This document shows positions 19,473 to 27,939 of a DNA stretch of 64,000 nucleotides, in pieces; the stretch's first letter is position 1, and every line of letters begins with the position of its first letter. The notes beneath the pieces were generated by a model, which was not told where the DNA came from, did not search any database, and saw only the letters and a list, made by a program, of their open reading frames with translations. The position numbers were made by a program, and so were the translations under genes. This DNA is from an uncultured archaeon (GTDB taxonomy: Archaea > Aenigmatarchaeota > Aenigmatarchaeia > CG10238-14 > SCSR01), in assembly GCA_964601215.1 (NCBI GenBank), contig CAZRMN010000001.1, forward strand, positions 334 to 64,333. Reading direction: 5' to 3'.

Positions 19473-22210
19473 AGGGTATAAATGCTTGGGACAAAAACTG
19501 AATCAACATCGATTTCTGGTGAAATTTCGATATCGATTGGATTTGTTGAACTACCGGCTCTTCCTGTATTAAAAGGCATAACCACAAAGTTAAGTTTTTC
19601 TAAAAGTTTTAAAAAAGCATAATCTATTCCATCTTCAGTTATGTTAAGTTCATCAACTGTTATAGGAGTTGGGTCAAAATTGGAGAGATCTTTTCCTATC
19701 GCTACATAAGAATAACCATCTTCATACCCATCATGATCTTTATCGAAATAAATTGTAACGTTTTTACCTTGAATTTTTGGGAATACGTTGCTGTAAGAAG
19801 TGGAAGCTCTTAGCCTTGCAGTATAAATCACCTTGTTTTTATCACCGCACTGTTTACTCACGTTAATAGGATTTGAACCTATAGTAATCTTTATAGTGTT
19901 TGTTTCATTAGTTTTCATGTAAATTGGAGAGAACTGAATTAAAAAAGGATCGCCTAAATCTGTGAAATTCGTGTTAAATTCTGTAAGATTAAAAACACTC
20001 TTCCAGTTATACTCCGAATTATTTATAGAAATATTAATCGTCCAAAAATCTCCAGAGTAGGACAACACTTGGACTTCGTCTACAGTAAACTGGGATGGGA
20101 TGAAAAAACTACCATTACAACCTTCAAATGGATTTGTCTCAACTTTAAGAGATATTTCTCCATAGCTATAGTTGGTTACTTCAGGAGTGAAATTAAAACT
20201 TATGTAAGAATCTGGATATAGTGTAATATTTACAAGACCTGTAAGATTCATTACTTGTCTTATGAAGGATGCGTTAAGGATATTCTGAGCGATTGTATGA
20301 TATATCTGTTCTAACTTACGAGCATCGTCACTCGCGTAGTATGAACCATTTCCACATTTAGCTATTTCTATTAAAGTTTGGTTCGATTGTGGACAATTAA
20401 CTACTGGACCGAAACCTATGGAAAAAATCGTAGCGTTCGTGCGTTGATTTGCTTTGCATGCGTCATCAATAGCATTTGTAATTGCTGTATCATCAACAGT
20501 ATCACCACATTCTGGAACATAATAAGTATCCCTACCACACCATGGTGAGGGGCAAAAATAACTAGGCCAAAACCAATAACCATAGCTACAACAAGTGGTT
20601 CTATCTTCGTCTGCTTGGTAGCATCTCATGTTTGCCGTTCCGTCTGTCATTACTATTATGAACTTTTGTCTTGTTTCATTGCTTTGGTCTTCGAGCATTA
20701 ATCTTGCCATCCTAATTGCACAACAAATGCAAGTAGAACCAGAAGCAGTAAAGCTATCTATAACTGAATGTAAAGTTGCAGTATCGTTTGTAAGATTAGA
20801 TCTATTATAAGCATTATTACTAAATGTAACTAAACCCACTCTGTTGTGAGGGTCGCTTAAGATTATGTCGACAAACTCTTTGTCCAAACACTTGGCTAAA
20901 CTAATTCTTGAGGTATTTGGCCAGTAGATTGATGGATCGGAACAATCATCTCTTTGGATTCCCGTGTTACTACTATTTAATTCATTATTCATACTACCTG
21001 AGATATCGGTAATTAAAATGACATCTGCATTCCCTACTTTTCCAGTTAAGTTCCAAGCTTCTGTTCCAAACCTTACTGGAATGGTTTTTAAACTTAATTG
21101 GGAATAATTAAGAAGAGAAGACAGAGTGGAATTATCAATCTCGACTGTTTGAGGTAAACTACTCCCAGAAAAATTGAAAACTGTAACATTTCCTATGTTC
21201 AAATATATTATATAATTGCTTCGAAAGTGTAAGTGTATACTCATAGAAGTTAGGTTTCCAGGGATGTAAAACGAATCATATTGGTTTATAACACCAACAA
21301 CTCCAGGGAAGTAAAATCTAGTAGAATTAGAAATTTTTCCAACCATTTGTGAGGTCTCGTAAGATACTTTAATAAAACCACCAGCAACATACATCCTATT
21401 AATATCTCCACTCGTGAAATTGATGTTAAACTTGTTATCCGAACCCTTTGAGATATTACCCAAACAAATAGGATCTTTTATTTCCCAAGTGTCAACAGAA
21501 AACCTTCCAGGAGTTTTTGTAAATTCTTTGCAATAATTCCCGTTTATGTAAAGCTTAAAATTATCCCCAAAACTTCCCTCAACTTTTATACCAGTAATAT
21601 TTGCGTCTGAAGGTATGTCTTTAATAATTACCGTCAAATTCCCTTGGCCAATAAAACCTCCAAAATAAGCATAGGAAGATGTTGTTTTACTTTTTATTGT
21701 TTTTAAAGAAGTCCTTACCATATAACCTTCCACAGGTTTACCTATGCTATAGCCAGAAATAACAAATTCAGATTTAGAAAGAATGTCTTTTTTTGGTACA
21801 GAATTGTTTGAAACTGGAGTACCATCTATAAGTACCTCATACCCTAAGTTTTTTTGGAGAGTATAATTCATTATTCCTTCGATAATTTTCCTCGCATAGG
21901 ATATGTTATTCTGAGCCCAGAAGTAGCCTATAACATCTAGGATACTCTTATCCATATCATCTTTGGTTATTATTCCTTGTTCCAAATATTCCTTAATAAT
22001 CGAAAAATTCTCTGCATCTCTAATTCTAGTGTTTGTTAAAAGTTGTGAAATATCGTGCGATAAATGGTAAAATCTTTCATATTGCGTTTCTTGATAAATC
22101 GGACCAAAAGTCATAGAGGATATAAAGATTAAGAAAGAGACTAGTATGACTATCGCTAAAGCTGCTTCTAAACTGAAGGCGATTCCTTTCATGCTATCTC
22201 CATAAAACAA
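19433..22210 (-). CDS. Large pilin-like protein with a vWA (MIDAS) domain; candidate pilus tip or adhesin component
   Basis: N-terminal pilin-like hydrophobic segment, DVILITDISGSMNN (DxSxS MIDAS), TDG motif, Cys-rich region. Confidence 0.55.
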   Translation of the reverse strand: MFYGDSMKGIAFSLEAALAIVILVSFLIFISSMTFGPIYQETQYERFYHLSHDISQLLTNTRIRDAENFSIIKEYLEQGIITKDDMDKSILDVIGYFWAQNNISYARKIIEGIMNYTLQKNLGYEVLIDGTPVSNNSVPKKDILSKSEFVISGYSIGKPVEGYMVRTSLKTIKSKTTSSYAYFGGFIGQGNLTVIIKDIPSDANITGIKVEGSFGDNFKLYINGNYCKEFTKTPGRFSVDTWEIKDPICLGNISKGSDNKFNINFTSGDINRMYVAGGFIKVSYETSQMVGKISNSTRFYFPGVVGVINQYDSFYIPGNLTSMSIHLHFRSNYIIYLNIGNVTVFNFSGSSLPQTVEIDNSTLSSLLNYSQLSLKTIPVRFGTEAWNLTGKVGNADVILITDISGSMNNELNSSNTGIQRDDCSDPSIYWPNTSRISLAKCLDKEFVDIILSDPHNRVGLVTFSNNAYNRSNLTNDTATLHSVIDSFTASGSTCICCAIRMARLMLEDQSNETRQKFIIVMTDGTANMRCYQADEDRTTCCSYGYWFWPSYFCPSPWCGRDTYYVPECGDTVDDTAITNAIDDACKANQRTNATIFSIGFGPVVNCPQSNQTLIEIAKCGNGSYYASDDARKLEQIYHTIAQNILNASFIRQVMNLTGLVNITLYPDSYISFNFTPEVTNYSYGEISLKVETNPFEGCNGSFFIPSQFTVDEVQVLSYSGDFWTINISINNSEYNWKSVFNLTEFNTNFTDLGDPFLIQFSPIYMKTNETNTIKITIGSNPINVSKQCGDKNKVIYTARLRASTSYSNVFPKIQGKNVTIYFDKDHDGYEDGYSYVAIGKDLSNFDPTPITVDELNITEDGIDYAFLKLLEKLNFVVMPFNTGRAGSSTNPIDIEISPEIDVDSVFVPSIYTLWGPAIMEVRIWA

Positions 22211-22691
22211 ATTCCATTATTCCCATTTCCCTTCTATTTCCAAAATCTATCAAAACAAATCTTTCTATTGGAATGACAATTTTAGCATTAGTTGGTTTCA
22301 TACCAAGAAAAATACTCCCTTCTGAGAAAAATCCGCGAGTTATGTTTGTAAAATTCATAAAAAAGTTGTATTCTTCCAGACCTAAAAGAGCTCTTATTCT
22401 ATTGTTGCCCATATTTTTCAACCTTAATATTTTTGTATAGTTTAATACATTTTCTGTTTCAGCAAGTCCTACAGAAATTACATTTGTCTCATTCCAATCT
22501 TCTGGCAAACCAGTTGTCCTAACAAGGACATCACTAATTCTTTGAATTCTTTTACTCATTAAACTTATCTCATAAGAAGTTTTGAGTTGATCTATAGCAC
22601 GATTTGAAACTAAAAGTGCAATGACAAAAATACTAACAAAAATTGTTATGCTCACTATTAAATCAACTGAAATTATTTGTCCTTTATTCAA
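22194..22691 (-). CDS. Minor pilin-like protein (class III signal peptide)
   Basis: MNKGQIISVDLIVSITIFV. Confidence 0.45.
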   Translation of the reverse strand: MNKGQIISVDLIVSITIFVSIFVIALLVSNRAIDQLKTSYEISLMSKRIQRISDVLVRTTGLPEDWNETNVISVGLAETENVLNYTKILRLKNMGNNRIRALLGLEEYNFFMNFTNITRGFFSEGSIFLGMKPTNAKIVIPIERFVLIDFGNRREMGIMEFVLWR

Positions 22692-23082
22692 CTATTATCA
22701 ACCCGTTTTCATTTCTAATTGTATTTTTCCCTTTTGAAAAATTACCACTCACGTTTCTTGTTAAAATAGGAAAAAAGTAAGTGTTACCATTAATTTCAAT
22801 TTCTATTCTTCCATTTACAGAATCTATTGTTATATTGTAATCCAATCCTTGGATTTTTTCTTGCAAGAAATAGCTCTTTCTATATCCATCACCTTCTTCT
22901 AATGCTAAGTTTATCTGTCCTGCTACCTCATTCCCTATCCTTTTTGCTTCGAAATCTATGCTTTCTGTATAAACATGACCAAGATGATAATAAACAACTC
23001 CAGCAAAAGCTGTTAGAAAAATTATTAAAAAAATTATAATCAAAATCATTTCTATTGTAACCTGCGACTTAGAAAGTGACAT
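22684..23082 (-). CDS. Minor pilin-like protein
   Basis: N-terminal KSQVTIEMILIIIFLIIFL. Confidence 0.4.
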   Translation of the reverse strand: MSLSKSQVTIEMILIIIFLIIFLTAFAGVVYYHLGHVYTESIDFEAKRIGNEVAGQINLALEEGDGYRKSYFLQEKIQGLDYNITIDSVNGRIEIEINGNTYFFPILTRNVSGNFSKGKNTIRNENGLIIVE

Positions 23083-23473
23083 TCACATAACCTTCCATAG
23101 CTTCTAAAACTATAACATAATATCCCTCATTAATTGGTAAGCTCCCATTCAACTTACAATTAGATACATCATATACTGGAACAATACTCGAATCTATTCG
23201 AATATTATAAAAAATAGTATAGTTTTCAAAGCCAGCGTCAACCACTCCACTAGGTATATAAGCAGAAATAGAATGACGTGCTGGCTCTCCTTCTATGCAT
23301 AGAATATCCGAAACTTCTTTTAGTCTCTTAACCAAACTCTGAAGTTGAGAAACCTTTATCTGAGCGGAGGTATTAGAACTTATAGTTAAGGAATACCATA
23401 AAACTATTGAAATTATTAAGATAAGTACTGTTGAAAGAACTAAGTATTCTATAGCAGCTTGAGATTTATTCAT
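23069..23473 (-). CDS. Minor pilin-like protein (class III signal peptide)
   Basis: MNKSQAAIEYLVLSTVLILII. Confidence 0.45.
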   Translation of the reverse strand: MNKSQAAIEYLVLSTVLILIISIVLWYSLTISSNTSAQIKVSQLQSLVKRLKEVSDILCIEGEPARHSISAYIPSGVVDAGFENYTIFYNIRIDSSIVPVYDVSNCKLNGSLPINEGYYVIVLEAMEGYVNVTF

Positions 23474-23505
23474 ATTTTAAATTTATTTATCTTTAATAAA
23501 AAACA

Positions 23506-24078
23506 CTATACACAGTATAAAACGAAAGAAGAATTGAAGGTTGTTATGTTTTGGTCATCTTTTAAAATCAAATTAATACTCCATTCTCCTTCAGGAGGCA
23601 AAGTCATGTTGTGCGGTAAGAAAATTAACACCTTTTCTTCCTCGTTCGGATAAAGAAAAGATTTTGGGATATAAACTCCTAACATTTCATTTTCATGATA
23701 AAATTCAGCGTTTGAAAAATCAACCATTTGTGTTCCAATATTTTTAATCAGAACTTCTAAAAAATCTTTGCAATAGATAAGTTTAACTAAAAGTTTAGTA
23801 AACTTAGCTTGAGTCCCTCCCAGAGGAACTAAAAATTGGGGCGTAAAGTTCCCAGTTTCATTAATAGTTTCATTTTTACTTTCGCTTCCAAGAGTTTCGT
23901 TTGATGGTTTTGGAATGAATGAAAAAGATTCTGAAATTTTTTTACTTATGTTGTTAAAAGTTTCAGTTATTTTTGGAGGGATTTTTTCTGTTTCTTTAGG
24001 ATATAAAAACCATACAAAAACTAGAATTAGAAAAAAAGCTAAAGGAATGAGCAAAAATTTTTTTGGAATTTTTTTCAT
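23506..24078 (-). CDS. Membrane-anchored hypothetical protein; first gene of the pilus operon
   Basis: Signal or anchor segment MKKIPKKFLLIPLAFFLILVF. Confidence 0.3.
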   Translation of the reverse strand: MKKIPKKFLLIPLAFFLILVFVWFLYPKETEKIPPKITETFNNISKKISESFSFIPKPSNETLGSESKNETINETGNFTPQFLVPLGGTQAKFTKLLVKLIYCKDFLEVLIKNIGTQMVDFSNAEFYHENEMLGVYIPKSFLYPNEEEKVLIFLPHNMTLPPEGEWSINLILKDDQNITTFNSSFVLYCV

Positions 24079-24259
24079 AATTATTATTTGAATTAAAAAA
24101 GAAATAAAGTGTAGTTAAGTACGAGGTTTAGAATTTTTGAACTTTCCTTCGAACTTCCGAAGAAGTTCTTAGGAAAGTTTGTAGCTGTTAGCTACTGAAT
24201 TCTAAACTTCCTCCTTAACTACATTTAACTATTTTCTTACTAGCCTTATAAGCTTTTTG

Positions 24260-25396
24260 CTAGAAATGCCTGAACACTGCAAATCTTAGTAACTCCAAAA
24301 CTTCTCCCTTTCCTTCTGTCTCTGGTAACCTTTTGCTAACTACTTTTATTCCTTCTTTATAAAGGTTTGCTGCTAGGTTTTTTGCATCTTCTATTGCCTT
24401 ATATTCGTGCATTAACTCTATAACTTTTACCTTAATTTCATCTATACTTTCCTGAACTTTTTTGTATTTTTCAGAATTTTCCAAACTTTTATCTCTTAAC
24501 GAATCCCTAAGTGTTACTAACTTTTTCATTTTTCCGTTAACGTCGAGCATCTTTTCTAAATATTTTTTATCTTTTGGTTCAGCTGCTTTAAAAACTTTTG
24601 CTAGAGGTAAAGTTCTTTTTATTTCCTCAAGGTCACCTGCCCAATCTTTTCCAAACTTTTGAGTTCTTAGAGTTGCTTCTCCCCTTTCTTGTTCTTTCTC
24701 TACAGTCAAATCAAGCACATCATCTTGAATTTGGAAAGCTATTCCAATTTTTATAAGTGCAGACTTTAGTTCGTTTATTTCCTCATCACTTACTTCTGAT
24801 ATTATCGCTCCATAGCGATATGGGGTAAATATAGTGTAAAAAGCTGATTTGTCTTCAAGTATTTTCAAAACTTTTTCTTCAGTCATCTCAGCTAAAGGTT
24901 TTTTCCTAAGGATAAACTCTAAATCCTGACCTTCACAAGTTGTCTTAAGCATTTCTTGTCTTGCTGAAATTAACCTGGAATAAATAGAAAGACCCCATTT
25001 TTCTTTTCCTTTTTCCAAAGCCATTTCTGCCAAAGTCCTTAAATAGTCTCCATAGTTTATCGCATTATCTATTCCGTAAAGAATATGTAAGCAAGGTTTT
25101 CCCCTTCTTAAACGTGAATCATCTTCTATATCATCATGAATCAAAAACCAATTGTGATCGTACTGCAAGGAAACTGCAGCCCAAACAGCATCTTCAAGAT
25201 TTTTAACTTCATAAGCTTTTACTGTTGACAAAACCAAACCTGGTCTAAGATATTTTCCTCCTCTGCTCAAGTATTCGTCTATTGCAAGACCCATTTGTTC
25301 ATTATCCTTTGGAATATTAAAAGTTTCTATAAGATTAATTTTCATGTATTTTTCTACATTTATTAAAGCTCTTGGAATTCTTTTCATGATAACCAA
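24260..25396 (-). CDS. Trans-isoprenyl diphosphate synthase (polyprenyl or GGPP synthase-like)
   Basis: First DD motif LIHDDIEDD with RRG and K. Second Asp-rich motif FQIQDDVLD. Confidence 0.7.
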   Translation of the reverse strand: MVIMKRIPRALINVEKYMKINLIETFNIPKDNEQMGLAIDEYLSRGGKYLRPGLVLSTVKAYEVKNLEDAVWAAVSLQYDHNWFLIHDDIEDDSRLRRGKPCLHILYGIDNAINYGDYLRTLAEMALEKGKEKWGLSIYSRLISARQEMLKTTCEGQDLEFILRKKPLAEMTEEKVLKILEDKSAFYTIFTPYRYGAIISEVSDEEINELKSALIKIGIAFQIQDDVLDLTVEKEQERGEATLRTQKFGKDWAGDLEEIKRTLPLAKVFKAAEPKDKKYLEKMLDVNGKMKKLVTLRDSLRDKSLENSEKYKKVQESIDEIKVKVIELMHEYKAIEDAKNLAANLYKEGIKVVSKRLPETEGKGEVLELLRFAVFRHF

Positions 25397-25456
25397 TAAG
25401 TGTGAAAAATATTAATATTTTAAAACTTTTTTTGTTTCAAAATCAATTGTAAAAAT

Positions 25457-25873
25457 ATGAAGTTCAAGTTTTTGGACATTACTACAGCTGATGTAGCCTT
25501 TGAAGCTTATGGAAAAACTCTAGAGGAACTTTTTGCTAATGCTGCTTTAGCAATGTTTGAAGTTATGATTAATACTAAGCAAATAGAAAAAAAAGTTGAA
25601 AAAAGAATCAAGCTTAAAGGAAATGATTTAGAATCTTTAATGTTTAATTGGTTAAACGAACTTTTGTTTTTTTATGGCTCTGAAAATCTAGCCTTTTCCG
25701 ATTTTAAAGTAAAAATCGATGAGAAAAATTTAACTCTAGAAGCAAAGGTTTTTGGGGAGCCAATAAATCCAGAGAAGCATGAAACTAGAACTGAGGTAAA
25801 GGCTGCTACGATGCATAAAATGAAAGTTTGGAAAGAAGAAACTTGGAAAGCTCAAGTGATACTAGATATCTAA
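25457..25873 (+). CDS. Archease (RtcB activator)
   Basis: MKFKFLDITTADVAFEAYGKTLEELF is the archease signature. Convergent with rtcB, 4-nt overlap. Confidence 0.75.
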   Translation: MKFKFLDITTADVAFEAYGKTLEELFANAALAMFEVMINTKQIEKKVEKRIKLKGNDLESLMFNWLNELLFFYGSENLAFSDFKVKIDEKNLTLEAKVFGEPINPEKHETRTEVKAATMHKMKVWKEETWKAQVILDI

Positions 25874-27359
25874 CCCTTTACTACGCCTAAAGGAACTAAT
25901 CTTACAACTCTTTTACTTATTCCTGCTTTTTCAGTAACTAAAGCAACTTCATCTATCTCTTTATAAACTTGTGGAGCTTCCTCTGCAACTACTTTCCAAC
26001 TGGCAGCTCTTACCAAAATTCCCCTACTAGCCAAATTTCTAGCAACAACTTCTCCCCTAAAAAGCTTCAAAGCTTTTGACCTAGACTTTAACCTTCCTGC
26101 TCCATGAGCAGTAGAATAAAATGTCTCTTTTGCTGTTTTTGCAGCAACTAAAACATAACTTGCTGAACCCATACTACCAGGAATTATCACCGGCTGGCCT
26201 ACGCTTTGATAATCTTTTGGTATATCTTTAAAACCTGCAGGGAAAGCCCTTGTAGCTCCTTTCCTGTGCACATAAACCTTTTTCTTTTCTCCGTTTATTT
26301 CATGTTCTTCTACTTTTCCAATGTTATGAGCAACATCATACATAACTTCTAAACCAATCTCTTCTTGTTTCATTCCTAATATTTTCATTATACTTTCTCT
26401 GACCCAATGAGTAATCATTTGCCTATTACACCAAGCAAAATTTGCTGCACAAGCCATCGCACCAAAATAATCTTCCAGTTCTTTAGTACCAGCAGGAGCA
26501 TAGACAAGTTCTCTATCTGGTAATTTTTTAATTAAATCTCTAAACCTTGATTCGAGCAAATGCAAATAATCAGTACAAACTTGATGGCCGAAGCCTCGAG
26601 AGCCAGTATGAATCATCACACAAACTTGTCCTTTTTTTTCAATCCCGAAAACTTTTGCTATTTCTGGAAGAAAAATCTTATCCACTTTTTGAATCTCAAG
26701 AAAATGATTTCCTGCCCCTAAACTTCCAAGCTGAGGAGCACCTCTTTGCAAAGCTTTTTTTGAAACTTTATCAGCATTAGCTTGCTTCATACAGCCATTT
26801 TCTTCCAAGTGTTCTAAATCTCTTTCTGTTCCATAACCTTGTTCAACTGCCCATCTTGCTCCAGCCTCTAAAACCTCGTTTTGTAGTTGAGAAGGAGAAA
26901 GTTTAATTTTACCTCCTCTTCCAACTCCAGAAGGAACATTCTTAAAAATCGAATCTAATAATTCTTTTAGCCTTGGCCTTACTTGTTCTTCTGTTAAGTT
27001 TGTAGTTAATAACCTAACACCACAATTGATATCAAAACCTATCCCACCTGGTGATAAACCACCTTCTTCACAATCTAAAGCTGCAACCCCCCCGATAGGA
27101 AAACCTTGGCCGCTTATAAGTATACTTATAAGCTATAGCCGAAATGCATATCGGGAAGGGCGATACTGTGTTTGTAAATCCCTGGTAAAAAAGCTACATT
27201 TGCTATTTGTTCTATAGCTCCTTCTTCTACTTGTTTCAAAAGTTTTTTTGATAAAAAAAGCCATGCTGGCACACGCATTCCTGACTTTGCTCCTTTCGGG
27301 AGTTCCCATATGCATGGTCCAATTTCTTTAAGTTTTTCTTTCAGTACTATTTCAATCAC
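25870..27359 (-). CDS. rtcB: RtcB RNA-splicing ligase, interrupted by a 29-nt BHB-type intron. Exons 27135..27359 and 25870..27105
   Basis: Exon 1 ends PDMHFGY; exon 2 (different frame) begins GFPIGGVAALDCEEGGLSPGGIGFDINCGV. This collinear RtcB motif is interrupted by exactly 29 nt. Confidence 0.8.
27106..27134 (-). other. Candidate bulge-helix-bulge intron in the rtcB mRNA: AGCUUAUAAGUAUACUUAUAAGCGGCCAA
   Basis: 3-nt bulges AU|A and AA|G flank a 4-bp helix GGCU/GGCC, with a 9-bp inner palindromic hairpin. Cuts after the second bulge nucleotide reproduce the HFGY-GFPIGG junction. Confidence 0.6.
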
Positions 27360-27417
27360 CTCTAATTAACTCTCTTTAAATTAAGTTATTATAAAGTTAT
27401 AAATAAAGTTTTCTTGC

Positions 27418-27621
27418 TTATTCTTCAACTACAAAAGCAATTTTTACGTTTGCCCTGTACTCGGTTATTTTATTGTCTTTTACTTCAGCTTTTAAGCCGA
27501 CAACATCTATTCCAGTAATATTTCTTACTGTCTTTGCTGTTCTTTCCAAGGCTTTTTTAACCGCATCCTCCCAACTGTTCTCAGAAGTTCCTATTACTTC
27601 TATTACTTTAACAACAGTCAT
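27418..27621 (-). CDS. Dodecin family flavin-binding protein
   Basis: 67 aa, VVKVIEVIGTSENSWEDAVKKA...ITEYRANVKIAF matches the dodecin pattern. Confidence 0.6.
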   Translation of the reverse strand: MTVVKVIEVIGTSENSWEDAVKKALERTAKTVRNITGIDVVGLKAEVKDNKITEYRANVKIAFVVEE

Positions 27622-27663
27622 TTTCTCACCTTTATTTTTTCTTGTAGTAATACTAAATAAATG

Positions 27664-27897
27664 TTACTCTATTTTCAATGCTTTTTTCAAACCCTCTACA
27701 TTATAGCCTACAATTATTTTTCCGTCTATTTCGGTTACAGGTACACCCATTTGCCCAGATTTTTCGATCATTTCTCTTGCAGCTTCTCTATCTTTTGAAA
27801 CATCTACTTCTTCAAATTCTATCCCATGATCTTTTAAGAATTGTTTAACCAAATAGCAAAAAGGACATGTTGGTGTAGTATAGACTTTCACCTTCAT
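27664..27897 (-). CDS. Glutaredoxin-like protein
   Basis: CPFC active site, about 77 aa, thioredoxin fold. Confidence 0.75.
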   Translation of the reverse strand: MKVKVYTTPTCPFCYLVKQFLKDHGIEFEEVDVSKDREAAREMIEKSGQMGVPVTEIDGKIIVGYNVEGLKKALKIE

Positions 27898-27939
27898 GGA
27901 TCATCCCGTTTTATTAAAATTGTCCTTTAAATTTTATAT

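Noticed and set aside
27026-27359. rtcB as a frameshifted pseudogene, or two separate ORFs (27126..27359 and 25870..26808) plus overlapping ORFs 27026..27217 and 27133..27315
   Set aside because: Both pieces are collinear with RtcB across the catalytic motif. The gap is exactly 29 nt with BHB geometry at the inferred junctions. The other ORFs are alternative-frame artefacts.
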